Shown: positions 9,359 to 18,673 of the stretch, piece by piece
Position numbering within the stretch: position 1 is the first letter of the stretch
Layout of the letters: each line of letters starts with the position of its first letter
NCBI GenBank assembly: GCA_028282585.1
Contig: JANQHR010000144.1
Coordinates: 32,001 to 96,000, forward strand
Length of the DNA stretch: 64,000 nucleotides
DNA from: Bacteroidales bacterium
Lineage (GTDB): Bacteria > Bacteroidota > Bacteroidia > Bacteroidales > UBA12077
Reading direction: 5' to 3'
Notes under the pieces: model-generated
Database searches by the model: none
What the model was told of the DNA's origin: nothing
What the model saw: the letters and a program-made list of their open reading frames with translations, nothing else
Translations under genes and position numbers: made by a program

Positions 9359-11305
9359 ATGAACTGGAAAAATCTAAAACTGGGAAAAAAAATTACGTTT
9401 GGGTTTGCCTTAGTGTTGACCTTGACTATAATGGTAGGATTATTTAGCTATACAGGCTTAAATTCAGTAAGGTTTCATGTCGAAGAATCTCATGAATTCT
9501 ATGTGCTTGAAGAATCTGTTTATAAGGCGATGAGTGAGCGGAAAAACTATATGATAAATACGGATGAACAGTCATTAGAAAACTGGAACGTTATTATGGA
9601 TGATTTATATGTTCATATAGAAAAGCTTAGAACTATGCTGGGTAATCATAATGAAGATATAGACGTTGATAAATTAAAACTGGATGCTGACCATTATAAA
9701 GAAGCATTTTTACATTACGTTGATTCTAGAGAAGATGAAAAGAAAATCGCATTAAGGTGGAAAGAATTAGGTGAACAGTTTTTTAAGGTTATTAATGAAA
9801 CAAAAAGTAAGTACACTGACAAGGATATACTAATTTACATCTCGGAACTGGAGAATGGATTTGCTTTAATGCGCATTGGGGCAGTTTATTATGTTAAAGA
9901 CAAAACTGATGAAAAGTGGATAGGATTTGAAACTGCAATGAACAATATGAAAGAAACACTTAAGAGGAGTTTTTTATATGGTACGGATTTTCAAGCTAAT
10001 ATTAGCACTTTAAATGAGGTTGTTGATGCATACATAGTGGAATCAGGAAAATTCTACAAAGATGTTCAAACAGAAAACGAAGACAATTTAAAAATGGCTG
10101 AGGCTGCAACTGATTTTCTTAAAATTGTAAAAAAATCGAATAATGATCAACAACAAAAAATGAATAGAATTATAAAACAAAACTTATTTCTTATAATTAT
10201 TATTATTGGTTTTGCTTTGCTATCTGGTATTTTGATTTCATTTTTAATAGCTCGGTCAATTACCAAACCAATAATTAAAGGTGTTGATTTTGCAAAAGCA
10301 GTCGCTAAAGGAGATTTAACAGCTAACGTTGATATAGAACAAGAAGATGAAATTGGAGTTTTTGCAAATTCACTTAAAAGTATGGTAAGTACATTAAGAG
10401 AAATCGTGATAGGTATAACTGCTGGGTCTGATAATATTGCATCGGCAAGCCGGGAATTAAGTTCATCTTCGCAGGAAATGTCGCAAGGGGCTTCAGAACA
10501 GGCTTCTTCTGCAGAAGAAGTTTCTTCTTCTATGGAAGAAATGTCTGCAAATATTCAACAAAATACAGACAATGCGCAGCAAACCGAGAAAATTGCAATT
10601 GAAGCTTCTGAAGGTATTAATAAAGTAGCAAGCGCTTCTAAGGAAAGCCTTGAATCTACGCGTCTAATTGCCGAAAAGATTACTATTGTAAACGATATTG
10701 CTTTCCAAACAAATATTTTGGCGCTTAATGCTGCAGTAGAAGCTGCACGAGCAGGTGAACATGGCAAAGGATTTGCTGTTGTAGCTGCAGAAGTCCGCAA
10801 ATTAGCCGAGCGGAGTAAAGTAGCTGCAGACGAGATTAACGACCTGTCAGGACACAGTTTAAAAGTGACGGAAAATGCCGGTAATTTAATGGTAGAAATT
10901 ATTCCTAAAATTGAAAAAACAGCAAAGCTTGTTCAGGAAATTTCTGCTGCAAGTCTGGAGCAAAGCTCTGGAGCTGGTCAGGTTAATTCAGCTATTCAAC
11001 AATTAAATACAGTAACCCAACAAAATGCCGCAGCTAGTGAGGAAATGGCTACAAGTTCAGAAGAATTAGCAAGCCAATCACAACAGTTAAAGGAAATTAT
11101 TAGCTACTTCAAAATTAGTAATAATGGAAAGTCAAGTTTTTTAAAGAAAAACAAGTTGCAAGAGTTTAAGAGTGAAAATAAAATTGAAAAGGCTAAGTCA
11201 GTTAAAGATATTGGAGAATCTAGTAAAAAAGAAATTAAAAATTCCGGATTCGATCTGAACTTAGCAGATAAAGATAAATTAGACAATGAATTTGAATCGT
11301 TTTAA
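9359..11305 (+). CDS. Methyl-accepting chemotaxis protein (helical periplasmic sensor, HAMP)
   Basis: Start taken at MNWKNLKLGKKI; conserved hairpin tip motif; C-terminal EFESF. Confidence 0.96.
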   Translation: MNWKNLKLGKKITFGFALVLTLTIMVGLFSYTGLNSVRFHVEESHEFYVLEESVYKAMSERKNYMINTDEQSLENWNVIMDDLYVHIEKLRTMLGNHNEDIDVDKLKLDADHYKEAFLHYVDSREDEKKIALRWKELGEQFFKVINETKSKYTDKDILIYISELENGFALMRIGAVYYVKDKTDEKWIGFETAMNNMKETLKRSFLYGTDFQANISTLNEVVDAYIVESGKFYKDVQTENEDNLKMAEAATDFLKIVKKSNNDQQQKMNRIIKQNLFLIIIIIGFALLSGILISFLIARSITKPIIKGVDFAKAVAKGDLTANVDIEQEDEIGVFANSLKSMVSTLREIVIGITAGSDNIASASRELSSSSQEMSQGASEQASSAEEVSSSMEEMSANIQQNTDNAQQTEKIAIEASEGINKVASASKESLESTRLIAEKITIVNDIAFQTNILALNAAVEAARAGEHGKGFAVVAAEVRKLAERSKVAADEINDLSGHSLKVTENAGNLMVEIIPKIEKTAKLVQEISAASLEQSSGAGQVNSAIQQLNTVTQQNAAASEEMATSSEELASQSQQLKEIISYFKISNNGKSSFLKKNKLQEFKSENKIEKAKSVKDIGESSKKEIKNSGFDLNLADKDKLDNEFESF

Positions 11306-11342
11306 TGTTGGTTTAGCTCATATAGCTGTTAGTTTGTATTTT

Positions 11343-11369
11343 AAGGGAGGATTTTTATCCTCCTTTTTT
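11343..11369 (+). terminator. Rho-independent terminator after MCP2
   Basis: AAGGGAGGAT-TTTT-ATCCTCCTTTTTT. Confidence 0.8.
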
Positions 11370-11418
11370 GGTTATTTATGGCAGCAAAATTTTTCACTAA
11401 AAAAGTAATTTCCCTTTT

Positions 11419-12105
11419 TTAGTTTAAGTTTTTCTCTAAAACCTCCCTTCTGATAGTTTTTCCGTGGGCTGGTAAAAATATCCTACATGGTGTTTTTATT
11501 AATTTATTCCAGGATTCATAAAGTTTGACTTTATCATCAGCAAACGGTGGTAAAATACTTTTTGAAAAAATCCCAAATAACGTATCGCCAACTAAGGCAA
11601 TTTCATTATCAACTATAACGCTTATAGAACCCGATGTGTGCCCTGGTGTATGTATAATTTCTATTCCATCCGTATTGTCTAACTTATAGTTTTCAGTTAC
11701 TTTAATATCAGGTTTTACTGCATCGTACTTTCCAATCTTACTTGCAAATCTATTACCAGCGGCTGAAATAATATTTGTTATAATATTAGTTCCTTTCGGG
11801 AGCTTTGTAAAACCATTTTCAAGAAATTCAGCTTCGTTTTTATGAACCAGAATTTTAGAAGAATAAAGTTGTTTTAACATCAAGGCATTTTCAGTATGAT
11901 CGTAATGTGTATGAGTTAGTATAACATAATCAAGATTTTTATAGCCTAAAAGTTGAGAAAGATTTGATTTCAATTTTTCAGCTTTACATTTCTGTCCGCT
12001 GTCAATTAAAACTGTTATGTCTTTTTTAACAATAAAATAGCAGTTTGTAATACCTATTCGTAATAATCGAATTGTAGTATTAGTATTTGTTTTCCACATG
12101 AACAT
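11419..12105 (-). CDS. MBL-fold metallo-hydrolase
   Basis: THTHYDH (HxHxDH), HTPGHT, GDTLF, PAHG motifs. Confidence 0.92.
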   Translation of the reverse strand: MFMWKTNTNTTIRLLRIGITNCYFIVKKDITVLIDSGQKCKAEKLKSNLSQLLGYKNLDYVILTHTHYDHTENALMLKQLYSSKILVHKNEAEFLENGFTKLPKGTNIITNIISAAGNRFASKIGKYDAVKPDIKVTENYKLDNTDGIEIIHTPGHTSGSISVIVDNEIALVGDTLFGIFSKSILPPFADDKVKLYESWNKLIKTPCRIFLPAHGKTIRREVLEKNLN

Positions 12106-12208
12106 ATTAAAACATTTTTCAATATAAAATTATTAAATATTTTTTGTATTAATAATTTACTTGACAAATCACTACTTATCTTCTTAACTTGCATATATAA
12201 TTTTGGTT

Positions 12209-13363
12209 ATGAGGAAGGTATATGGTAAGATAATAATACTGATTATAATTCTAACGCTTCAATTTATTAAAACATATTCCCAGAAAGCGATAGTAATTCA
12301 TCCCAAGGTTGGTGTACTCATCGATTCGTTGGAAAATTCAAACTACTTGCTATTTAGGAATTATACATTAGATGAATTTTATGGAGCCCAAATATTTAAA
12401 TATGAAGATGATACTTATAATTTAATAATCTACTTGGAAAATAATAAAACAATACAGAAGGAGATTACAAAGTATGACTTAAAAAAACTAAAAGATAGAA
12501 TCAGTAATTTTAAAAATGATTATGAAAAAGAAAATACATCGCAAGTCTATGCTGTAAATTTAAATGAAGGATCTATAGTTTTAGGAAGAATAACATTTTT
12601 TAAGCTTCAAGAAATTATACTGAAATCTGAGATTTTTGGAGAAATAAGTATTGATACAAAAGATATAGTTCAAATAAAAAAAATAGATTCTAAGCATGAA
12701 GAAATTTCATTTTTAGGGCAAAATCCACATTATTCAAGATATTTCTACGCTCCATCTGCAATTCCACTAGATAAAGGAGAAGGTTATTTTCAGAATATTT
12801 ATTTAATATTTTTATCGGGAAATTATGCGGTATCAAACCATTCAACAATCGGTGCAGGTTTTTCTATTATGCCAGGAGTGGCAATAACAGAACAAATATT
12901 TTTTGTAAATGCCAAAGTTGCGTATCCAGTTTCAGACAAATTTTATTTAGGAGCAGGAGGCTTGTATTTTGGTATGGGAGCTGTTGGTGGTAGTATTGGA
13001 ATAGCTTATGGGGTAGGAACTTATGGCGGTTATAATCATAATTTAACACTTGGAGTAGGATATGGATACACAGATGATAAATTAATGGAAACACCTGTAT
13101 TTACTTTATGTGGAATGACTCGTATTTCAAAAAGAATTTCATTGATGACAGAAAATTGGTTCATTACAGTTTCATACCAAGAAGAAATTCCTCCTAATTA
13201 CACTGATACGCGGACTGTTCGCAATTTTGAATGTTTAATTTCCTATGGTTTACGTTTTTTTGGGGATAAATTAAGTGTCGACCTGGCTTTTATGAATGTT
13301 CCCACAACTGGTGAGCTTTTCTTTCCGGGAATTCCATATATTGATTTCGTTGTTCGTTTTTAA
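12209..13363 (+). CDS. Hypothetical exported protein with probable C-terminal beta-barrel
   Basis: Signal peptide; Gly/aromatic-rich strands; ends PYIDFVVRF; ATG at 12209 preferred over TTG at 12203. Confidence 0.65.
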   Translation: MRKVYGKIIILIIILTLQFIKTYSQKAIVIHPKVGVLIDSLENSNYLLFRNYTLDEFYGAQIFKYEDDTYNLIIYLENNKTIQKEITKYDLKKLKDRISNFKNDYEKENTSQVYAVNLNEGSIVLGRITFFKLQEIILKSEIFGEISIDTKDIVQIKKIDSKHEEISFLGQNPHYSRYFYAPSAIPLDKGEGYFQNIYLIFLSGNYAVSNHSTIGAGFSIMPGVAITEQIFFVNAKVAYPVSDKFYLGAGGLYFGMGAVGGSIGIAYGVGTYGGYNHNLTLGVGYGYTDDKLMETPVFTLCGMTRISKRISLMTENWFITVSYQEEIPPNYTDTRTVRNFECLISYGLRFFGDKLSVDLAFMNVPTTGELFFPGIPYIDFVVRF

Positions 13364-13604
13364 ATCAACGAGGCCGAAGTTTCTATAACATAACATTAGG
13401 TACAACTAATTCTGAACGCAAAGCGAAGGAGTATCTCGTGGTTGTATGCAACTATTTTGAGATCGGAAATAAAGATGTTAGTACACAAAATCAATAAAAT
13501 ATTTCAGAGCTTACTTGGAAATTACTCATTTGACAATCCCTTCTATATTTAATAACTTTATATATTCCAAAATCATAAGATATAAATTTAAAATAGGAGG
13601 TATC

Positions 13605-13820
13605 ATGTCTGACACTGTTTACAAAATTATTGAACTGGTTGGTACCAGTACTGAATCTTGGGAAAAAGCTGCTGAAAATGCCGTATTAAAAGCTGCAGAA
13701 TCTCTTCGTGACCTTCGTATTGCAGAAGTATCCGAATTAGATATGCATCTAAAAGATGGTAAAATTGAAGCATATAGGGCAAAGGTAAAAGTCTCGTTTA
13801 AATTCGAAGGGAATAAGTAG
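13605..13820 (+). CDS. Dodecin-family (flavin-binding) protein
   Basis: MSDTVYKIIELVGTSTESWEKAAENAV...YRAKVKVSFK; AGGAGG upstream of ATG 13605. Confidence 0.92.
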   Translation: MSDTVYKIIELVGTSTESWEKAAENAVLKAAESLRDLRIAEVSELDMHLKDGKIEAYRAKVKVSFKFEGNK

Positions 13821-13840
13821 TTGATGGATTAAACTTATTT

Positions 13841-13865
13841 AAATCAGGCAAAAGCCTGATTTTTT
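13841..13865 (+). terminator. Rho-independent terminator after dodecin
   Basis: AAATCAGGC-AAAA-GCCTGATTTTTT. Confidence 0.8.
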
Positions 13866-14137
13866 ATTCTTATGGATAACTTTAAAATTATAACATTGAG
13901 TTTTGCTATAACTTGGTAAAAGTAACTACTAGAAGTATAAAATGCAAATAATGACAAATGTCATGAATACTATATTCGAATAAAATTTATTTTTAATAAA
14001 TTGATTGACAGCAAATTATTTTTTAACTTGCGAGCTCGTTCGAAAAATATTCAAAAATCTTTTTTTATGTTAAAAAACAATATTTAAAAGCATAAATTTT
14101 AGCTTTGAAATAATTAGTCTGTTATGTCGATTATAGA

Positions 14138-14145
14138 TACTTTTG
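14138..14145 (+). promoter_or_regulatory. -7 promoter element for the mce-mmd operon
   Basis: TACTTTTG matches TAnnTTTG, about 30 bp before the mce ATG. Confidence 0.55.
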
Positions 14146-14176
14146 CAGAAATCACAACTAAATAAATTTCCATTAT

Positions 14177-14587
14177 ATGAAACCTTCGCATATTGAACAT
14201 ATCGGTATTGCCGTTAAAAATCTTGAAGAATCAATCAAGTATTATGAAGAGGTGTTAGGACTAGAGTGCTATAACATCGAAGAAGTTAAAGATCAAAAAG
14301 TTAAAACAGCTTTTTTTAAAGTTGGAGAAGTGAAAATTGAATTGTTGGAATCTACTGACCCCGAAGGGCCAATTGGTAAATATATTGAGAAAAAAGGTGA
14401 AGGAATTCATCATATCGCTTTTGCAGTTGAAAATATTGAAGATAAATTAAAAGATGCAGAAGATAAAGGTGTGAGATTAATTGATGCTTCACCAAGAAAG
14501 GGTGCAGAAGGTTTAGATATAGCCTTTTTACATCCAAAGTCAACATTTGGCGTACTTACTGAGCTTTGTGAAGATAAAAATAAATAA
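14177..14587 (+). CDS. mce: Methylmalonyl-CoA epimerase
   Basis: IEHIGIAV...KIELLE...GEGIHHIAF...[18 protein letters not shown]; operon context. Confidence 0.96.
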   Translation: MKPSHIEHIGIAVKNLEESIKYYEEVLGLECYNIEEVKDQKVKTAFFKVGEVKIELLESTDPEGPIGKYIEKKGEGIHHIAFAVENIEDKLKDAEDKGVRLIDASPRKGAEGLDIAFLHPKSTFGVLTELCEDKNK

Positions 14588-14618
14588 AGATTGCAAATAA
14601 TAATTTCTAATCAACGAA

Positions 14619-16178
14619 ATGAGCAAACAAGATAAAATTAAGCAATTAATTGATTTAAGAGCTGAAGCTAAGCTTGGTGGAGGCGAAAAGAAAATCGAAT
14701 CCCAACATAGAAAGGGTAAAATGACAGCCCGTGAACGCATCGAAATCTTACTTGACGAAGGTAGTTTTGAAGAGTTCGATATGTTTGTAACTCACCGTTG
14801 TACTAATTTTGGTTTAGACAAGAAAAAGGTTTTAGGTGATGGTGTTGTTACTGGTGCAGGTACAATAGATGGTAGAGTTGTTTATGTTTACTCGCAGGAT
14901 TTTACCGTATTTGGAGGGTCACTATCTGAGACTTTTGCAAACAAGATTTGTAAAGTTATGGATATGGCTATGAAAGTTGGTGCCCCAATTATTGGAATTA
15001 ATGATAGTGGCGGAGCCCGAATTCAGGAGGGTGTTACAAGTTTAGCAGGGTACGCTGAAATTTTCCAGCGAAATATTATGGCTTCCGGAGTTATACCTCA
15101 AATCTCCGCTATTTTTGGCCCTTGTGCAGGTGGAGCAGTATATTCTCCTGCATTAACCGATTTTATTATGATGACTGAGAATACTAGTTATATGTTTGTT
15201 ACAGGACCTAAAGTTGTAAAAACCGTAACTGGAGAAGATATCACAACTGAGGATTTAGGAGGAGCAAACATACATGCATCTAAATCTGGTGTTTCTCATT
15301 TCTTATTGGAAGACGAAGAAGAAGGTTTACTCTTGATTAGAAAATTGGTTAGTTATTTACCTCAAAATAATCTTGAAGAACCTCCTGTAATTGAAAATAA
15401 CGATCCGATAGACAGATTAGATGATGCATTGAATGAAATAATTCCTGAAAATCCTAATCAACCATATGATATAAAAGATATTATTTATTCATTAGTAGAT
15501 AGCAGTGAGTTTCTGGAAATCCATAGGCACTATGCAAAAAATATTGTTGTTGGCTTTGCTAAGTTCGACGGAATGTCTGTAGGAATTGTTGCTAATCAGC
15601 CAAATTTCCTTGCTGGGGTGTTAGACATTGATGCTTCAAGAAAGGCGGCGCGTTTTGTTCGTTTCTGTGATGCATTTAATGTGCCAATTCTCACTTTGGT
15701 AGATGTTCCGGGGTTCTTACCGGGAAGTAATCAGGAATATGGAGGAATTATTACGCATGGAGCAAAATTAATGTTTGCGTATGGTGAGGCTACCGTTCCA
15801 AAAGTAACTATTACTTTAAGAAAATCGTACGGTGGAGCTCACGATGTAATGAGTTCAAAACAATTACGAGGTGATATTAATTATGCCTGGCCATCAGCAG
15901 AAATTGCTGTTATGGGAGCTCAGGGAGCAGTTGAAGTATTGTATGGGCGTGAATTAAGCGAGATTGAAGATCCAGAAGAAAAAGCTAAATTCATTGCAGA
16001 AAAAGAAACGGAATACAAGGAAAAATTTGCAAACCCTTATCAAGCAGCTAATATGGGATATATTGATGATGTTATCGAACCTCGCAATTCAAGATTCAGA
16101 ATTATTAGAGCGTTTGAAATGCTTCAAACCAAGAAAGATATTAATCCTCCTAAAAAGCATTCAAATATTCCATTATAA
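14619..16178 (+). CDS. mmdA: Methylmalonyl-CoA decarboxylase alpha subunit (carboxyltransferase)
   Basis: [43 protein letters not shown]. Confidence 0.95.
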   Translation: MSKQDKIKQLIDLRAEAKLGGGEKKIESQHRKGKMTARERIEILLDEGSFEEFDMFVTHRCTNFGLDKKKVLGDGVVTGAGTIDGRVVYVYSQDFTVFGGSLSETFANKICKVMDMAMKVGAPIIGINDSGGARIQEGVTSLAGYAEIFQRNIMASGVIPQISAIFGPCAGGAVYSPALTDFIMMTENTSYMFVTGPKVVKTVTGEDITTEDLGGANIHASKSGVSHFLLEDEEEGLLLIRKLVSYLPQNNLEEPPVIENNDPIDRLDDALNEIIPENPNQPYDIKDIIYSLVDSSEFLEIHRHYAKNIVVGFAKFDGMSVGIVANQPNFLAGVLDIDASRKAARFVRFCDAFNVPILTLVDVPGFLPGSNQEYGGIITHGAKLMFAYGEATVPKVTITLRKSYGGAHDVMSSKQLRGDINYAWPSAEIAVMGAQGAVEVLYGRELSEIEDPEEKAKFIAEKETEYKEKFANPYQAANMGYIDDVIEPRNSRFRIIRAFEMLQTKKDINPPKKHSNIPL

Positions 16179-16189
16179 ATAAAAGTATT

Positions 16190-16564
16190 ATGATATCAAT
16201 ATTAGGCGATATAGGAATAAACTTTTCTGCAGCTGCCGGTTCAGGTGTTACAGTTGCGATAGTTGGTTGGTTAATTGTTTTTGCTGCTTTAGTTTTATTG
16301 GTAATTGTATTTTCTCAAACACCAAAAATAATTTACTATAACACAAGAAAGAAACTTAAAGAAAAAACAAAACAAACGGTAGTAACCGACGATGAACTCC
16401 ATATTGCAGGTGATGTAAGTGCAGCAATTTCTACAGCATTGTACTTGTTTTTTGATGAGATACATGATGAAGAAAGTAATATAATAACAATTAAACGTGT
16501 GAGAAAAACATATTCTCCATGGAGTTCAAAAATATATGGATTAAGAGTTTGGCCTAGAAAATAA
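16190..16564 (+). CDS. mmdD: Na+-transporting decarboxylase delta subunit (OadG family)
   Basis: Single TM helix, AAISTAL...HDEES, YSPWSSKIYGLR. Confidence 0.88.
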   Translation: MISILGDIGINFSAAAGSGVTVAIVGWLIVFAALVLLVIVFSQTPKIIYYNTRKKLKEKTKQTVVTDDELHIAGDVSAAISTALYLFFDEIHDEESNIITIKRVRKTYSPWSSKIYGLRVWPRK

Positions 16565-16574
16565 TTAGCATAAA

Positions 16575-17003
16575 ATGAAAAAATTCAAATTTACAATTCG
16601 TGGTAACGAATACGATGTTGAAATAAAAGAGATCGAAAATGATATTGCCAGAATAGAAGTTAATGGAACATCATATGATGTTGAAATTCATCGGGAGAAG
16701 ATTACAACAACTAAAACTCCTACATTGGTTCGACCAAAAGTAGCAGTAGATCGAAAGGAAAGTAAAATAAAGAAAACTGTAAGCAGCCGTGCTTATACAC
16801 TAAAGGCTCCATTGCCCGGAAATATATATAAAATTATTAAACACGAAGGTGATGAAGTTAAAAAAGGTGACATAATAATGATAATGGACGCAATGAAAAT
16901 GGAAAACAATATTCAGTCGGAGAAAGAAGGAAAGATTGTTAGCCTAAAAGTGAAAGAGGGAGATGCAGTGCTTCAAAATGATGTATTAGCTGAAATCGAA
17001 TAA
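16575..17003 (+). CDS. mmdC: Biotin carboxyl carrier (gamma) subunit
   Basis: APLPG...AMKMEN biotinylation motif. Confidence 0.93.
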   Translation: MKKFKFTIRGNEYDVEIKEIENDIARIEVNGTSYDVEIHREKITTTKTPTLVRPKVAVDRKESKIKKTVSSRAYTLKAPLPGNIYKIIKHEGDEVKKGDIIMIMDAMKMENNIQSEKEGKIVSLKVKEGDAVLQNDVLAEIE

Positions 17004-17027
17004 TTCTTTATAAAGAAAAATGTGATC

Positions 17028-18527
17028 ATGAAAAAGCTTGGCTTATTATTCTCAATTATTATATTTCTAGGAACTTCAGTTAATGCTAACTCTGATGAAA
17101 TGGCTAATTCACTAACAAAAAGAAAGTGGATTAATAAATCAGATGGATACAGGGTAAGCGAAAGGTCTGATAAAACATTAGAAAGATACAAGACAATAAC
17201 ATTTAATCAGGATAGAACTTTCATGTTGGATTCTATTAAAACAAAGTACACAGGTAATTGGAAAATTATTAGTGGAACTGTTTATATGGAGTTTAATAAT
17301 CCTGAAATTAAAACTAAAACAGCTACTTTTAAAGATGAAAATCTTGTAATTGGTAAAGATTCTTTTAAACCGCGTTCAGGCGCGTTTGCCGGCTTAATAA
17401 ACTTCTTTGAGTTTACAGGAGTACCAAATGCAACATTTGGCCATATTATGATGGTTTTAGTCGGGATCTTTTTTATATTCCTTGCGATACGCTACAATTA
17501 TGAACCTTTGCTTTTAATACCTATAGGTTTCGGTGTTATCATTGGTAATATTCCATTTTTTCAAGCAGTTGGATTTGATTTACAACTAGGAATTTATGAG
17601 GAAGGTAGTGTTTTAAATTATCTATATTTTGGAGTTCAACGGGGTATTTATCCTCCGCTTATTTTTCTGGGTATCGGAGCGATGACGGATTTCTCATCAT
17701 TAATTTCAAACCCCAAGTTGATGATATTAGGAGCTGCTGCCCAGATTGGTATATTCTTAACATTTTTAGGTGCATTAGTCTTAGGTTTTACACCCGCAGA
17801 AGCTGGAGCGATTGGAATTATTGGCGGTGCTGATGGTCCAACTGCGATTTTCTTGTCATCGAAATTATCTCCGCATTTAATTGGTCCTATTGCGATTGCA
17901 GCCTACTCATATATGGCTCTCGTACCAATTCTTCAACCGCCTTTTATGAAACTAATTACAACTAAAAAAGAAAGATTAATTCGTATGAAACCACCACGTT
18001 CGGTTTCTAAACTCGAAAAGATCATGTTCCCAATAGTTGGTTTACTGTTAACAGCATATATATCACCAAGTGCATTACCTCTCTTAGGTATGTTATTCTT
18101 TGGTAATTTATTAAAAGAATCTACAGTTACAAAACGATTGGCAGATACAGCAAGAACTGCTCTAATTGATATTGTTACCATTTTGTTAGGTATTACAGTT
18201 GGAGCATCAACTCAAGCGGATGTATTCTTAACACCACAATCTCTATGGATATTTGGATTAGGAGCATTGTCATTTATTATTGCAACCTGCGGAGGATTAT
18301 TATTTGCCAAATTAATGAATGTTTTCTTAAAAGGTGATAATAAAATTAATCCGTTAATTGGAGCTGCTGGTGTATCTGCAGTTCCCGATAGCGCTCGTGT
18401 TGTGCAGCATGAAGGATTAAAAGCAGATCCAACGAATCATTTATTAATGCATGCAATGGCACCAAACGTTTCCGGTGTAATTGGTTCGGCAGTTGGAGCA
18501 GGTATACTATTAAGTTTCCTCATGTAA
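17028..18527 (+). CDS. mmdB: Na+-translocating decarboxylase beta subunit with extra N-terminal exported domain
   Basis: YEPLLLIPIGFG, IGIIGGADGPTAIF, IGAAGVSAVP, HAMAPNVSGVIGS; start ATG 17028 or GTG 17022. Confidence 0.94.
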   Translation: MKKLGLLFSIIIFLGTSVNANSDEMANSLTKRKWINKSDGYRVSERSDKTLERYKTITFNQDRTFMLDSIKTKYTGNWKIISGTVYMEFNNPEIKTKTATFKDENLVIGKDSFKPRSGAFAGLINFFEFTGVPNATFGHIMMVLVGIFFIFLAIRYNYEPLLLIPIGFGVIIGNIPFFQAVGFDLQLGIYEEGSVLNYLYFGVQRGIYPPLIFLGIGAMTDFSSLISNPKLMILGAAAQIGIFLTFLGALVLGFTPAEAGAIGIIGGADGPTAIFLSSKLSPHLIGPIAIAAYSYMALVPILQPPFMKLITTKKERLIRMKPPRSVSKLEKIMFPIVGLLLTAYISPSALPLLGMLFFGNLLKESTVTKRLADTARTALIDIVTILLGITVGASTQADVFLTPQSLWIFGLGALSFIIATCGGLLFAKLMNVFLKGDNKINPLIGAAGVSAVPDSARVVQHEGLKADPTNHLLMHAMAPNVSGVIGSAVGAGILLSFLM

Positions 18528-18546
18528 AAACATAAATTTTTATTTG

Positions 18547-18575
18547 AAAGGTCAGTCTTATACTGGCCTTTTTTT
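18547..18575 (+). terminator. Terminator after mmdB
   Basis: AAAGGTCAGT-CTTAT-ACTGGCCTTT plus T run. Confidence 0.78.
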
Positions 18576-18673
18576 GTATATCTAAAATTAGTGTTGTGGA
18601 AATTATTAACAAACTACTTACGATTATTATATTTGTATTTTATGATTAACAAACTCTAAAAAATTAAACACGA

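Noticed and set aside
13515-13604. Long N-terminal extension of dodecin (similar cases at 9314, 41561 and 61702)
   Set aside because: These are upstream TTG starts; family similarity or the signal peptide begins at the downstream ATG.
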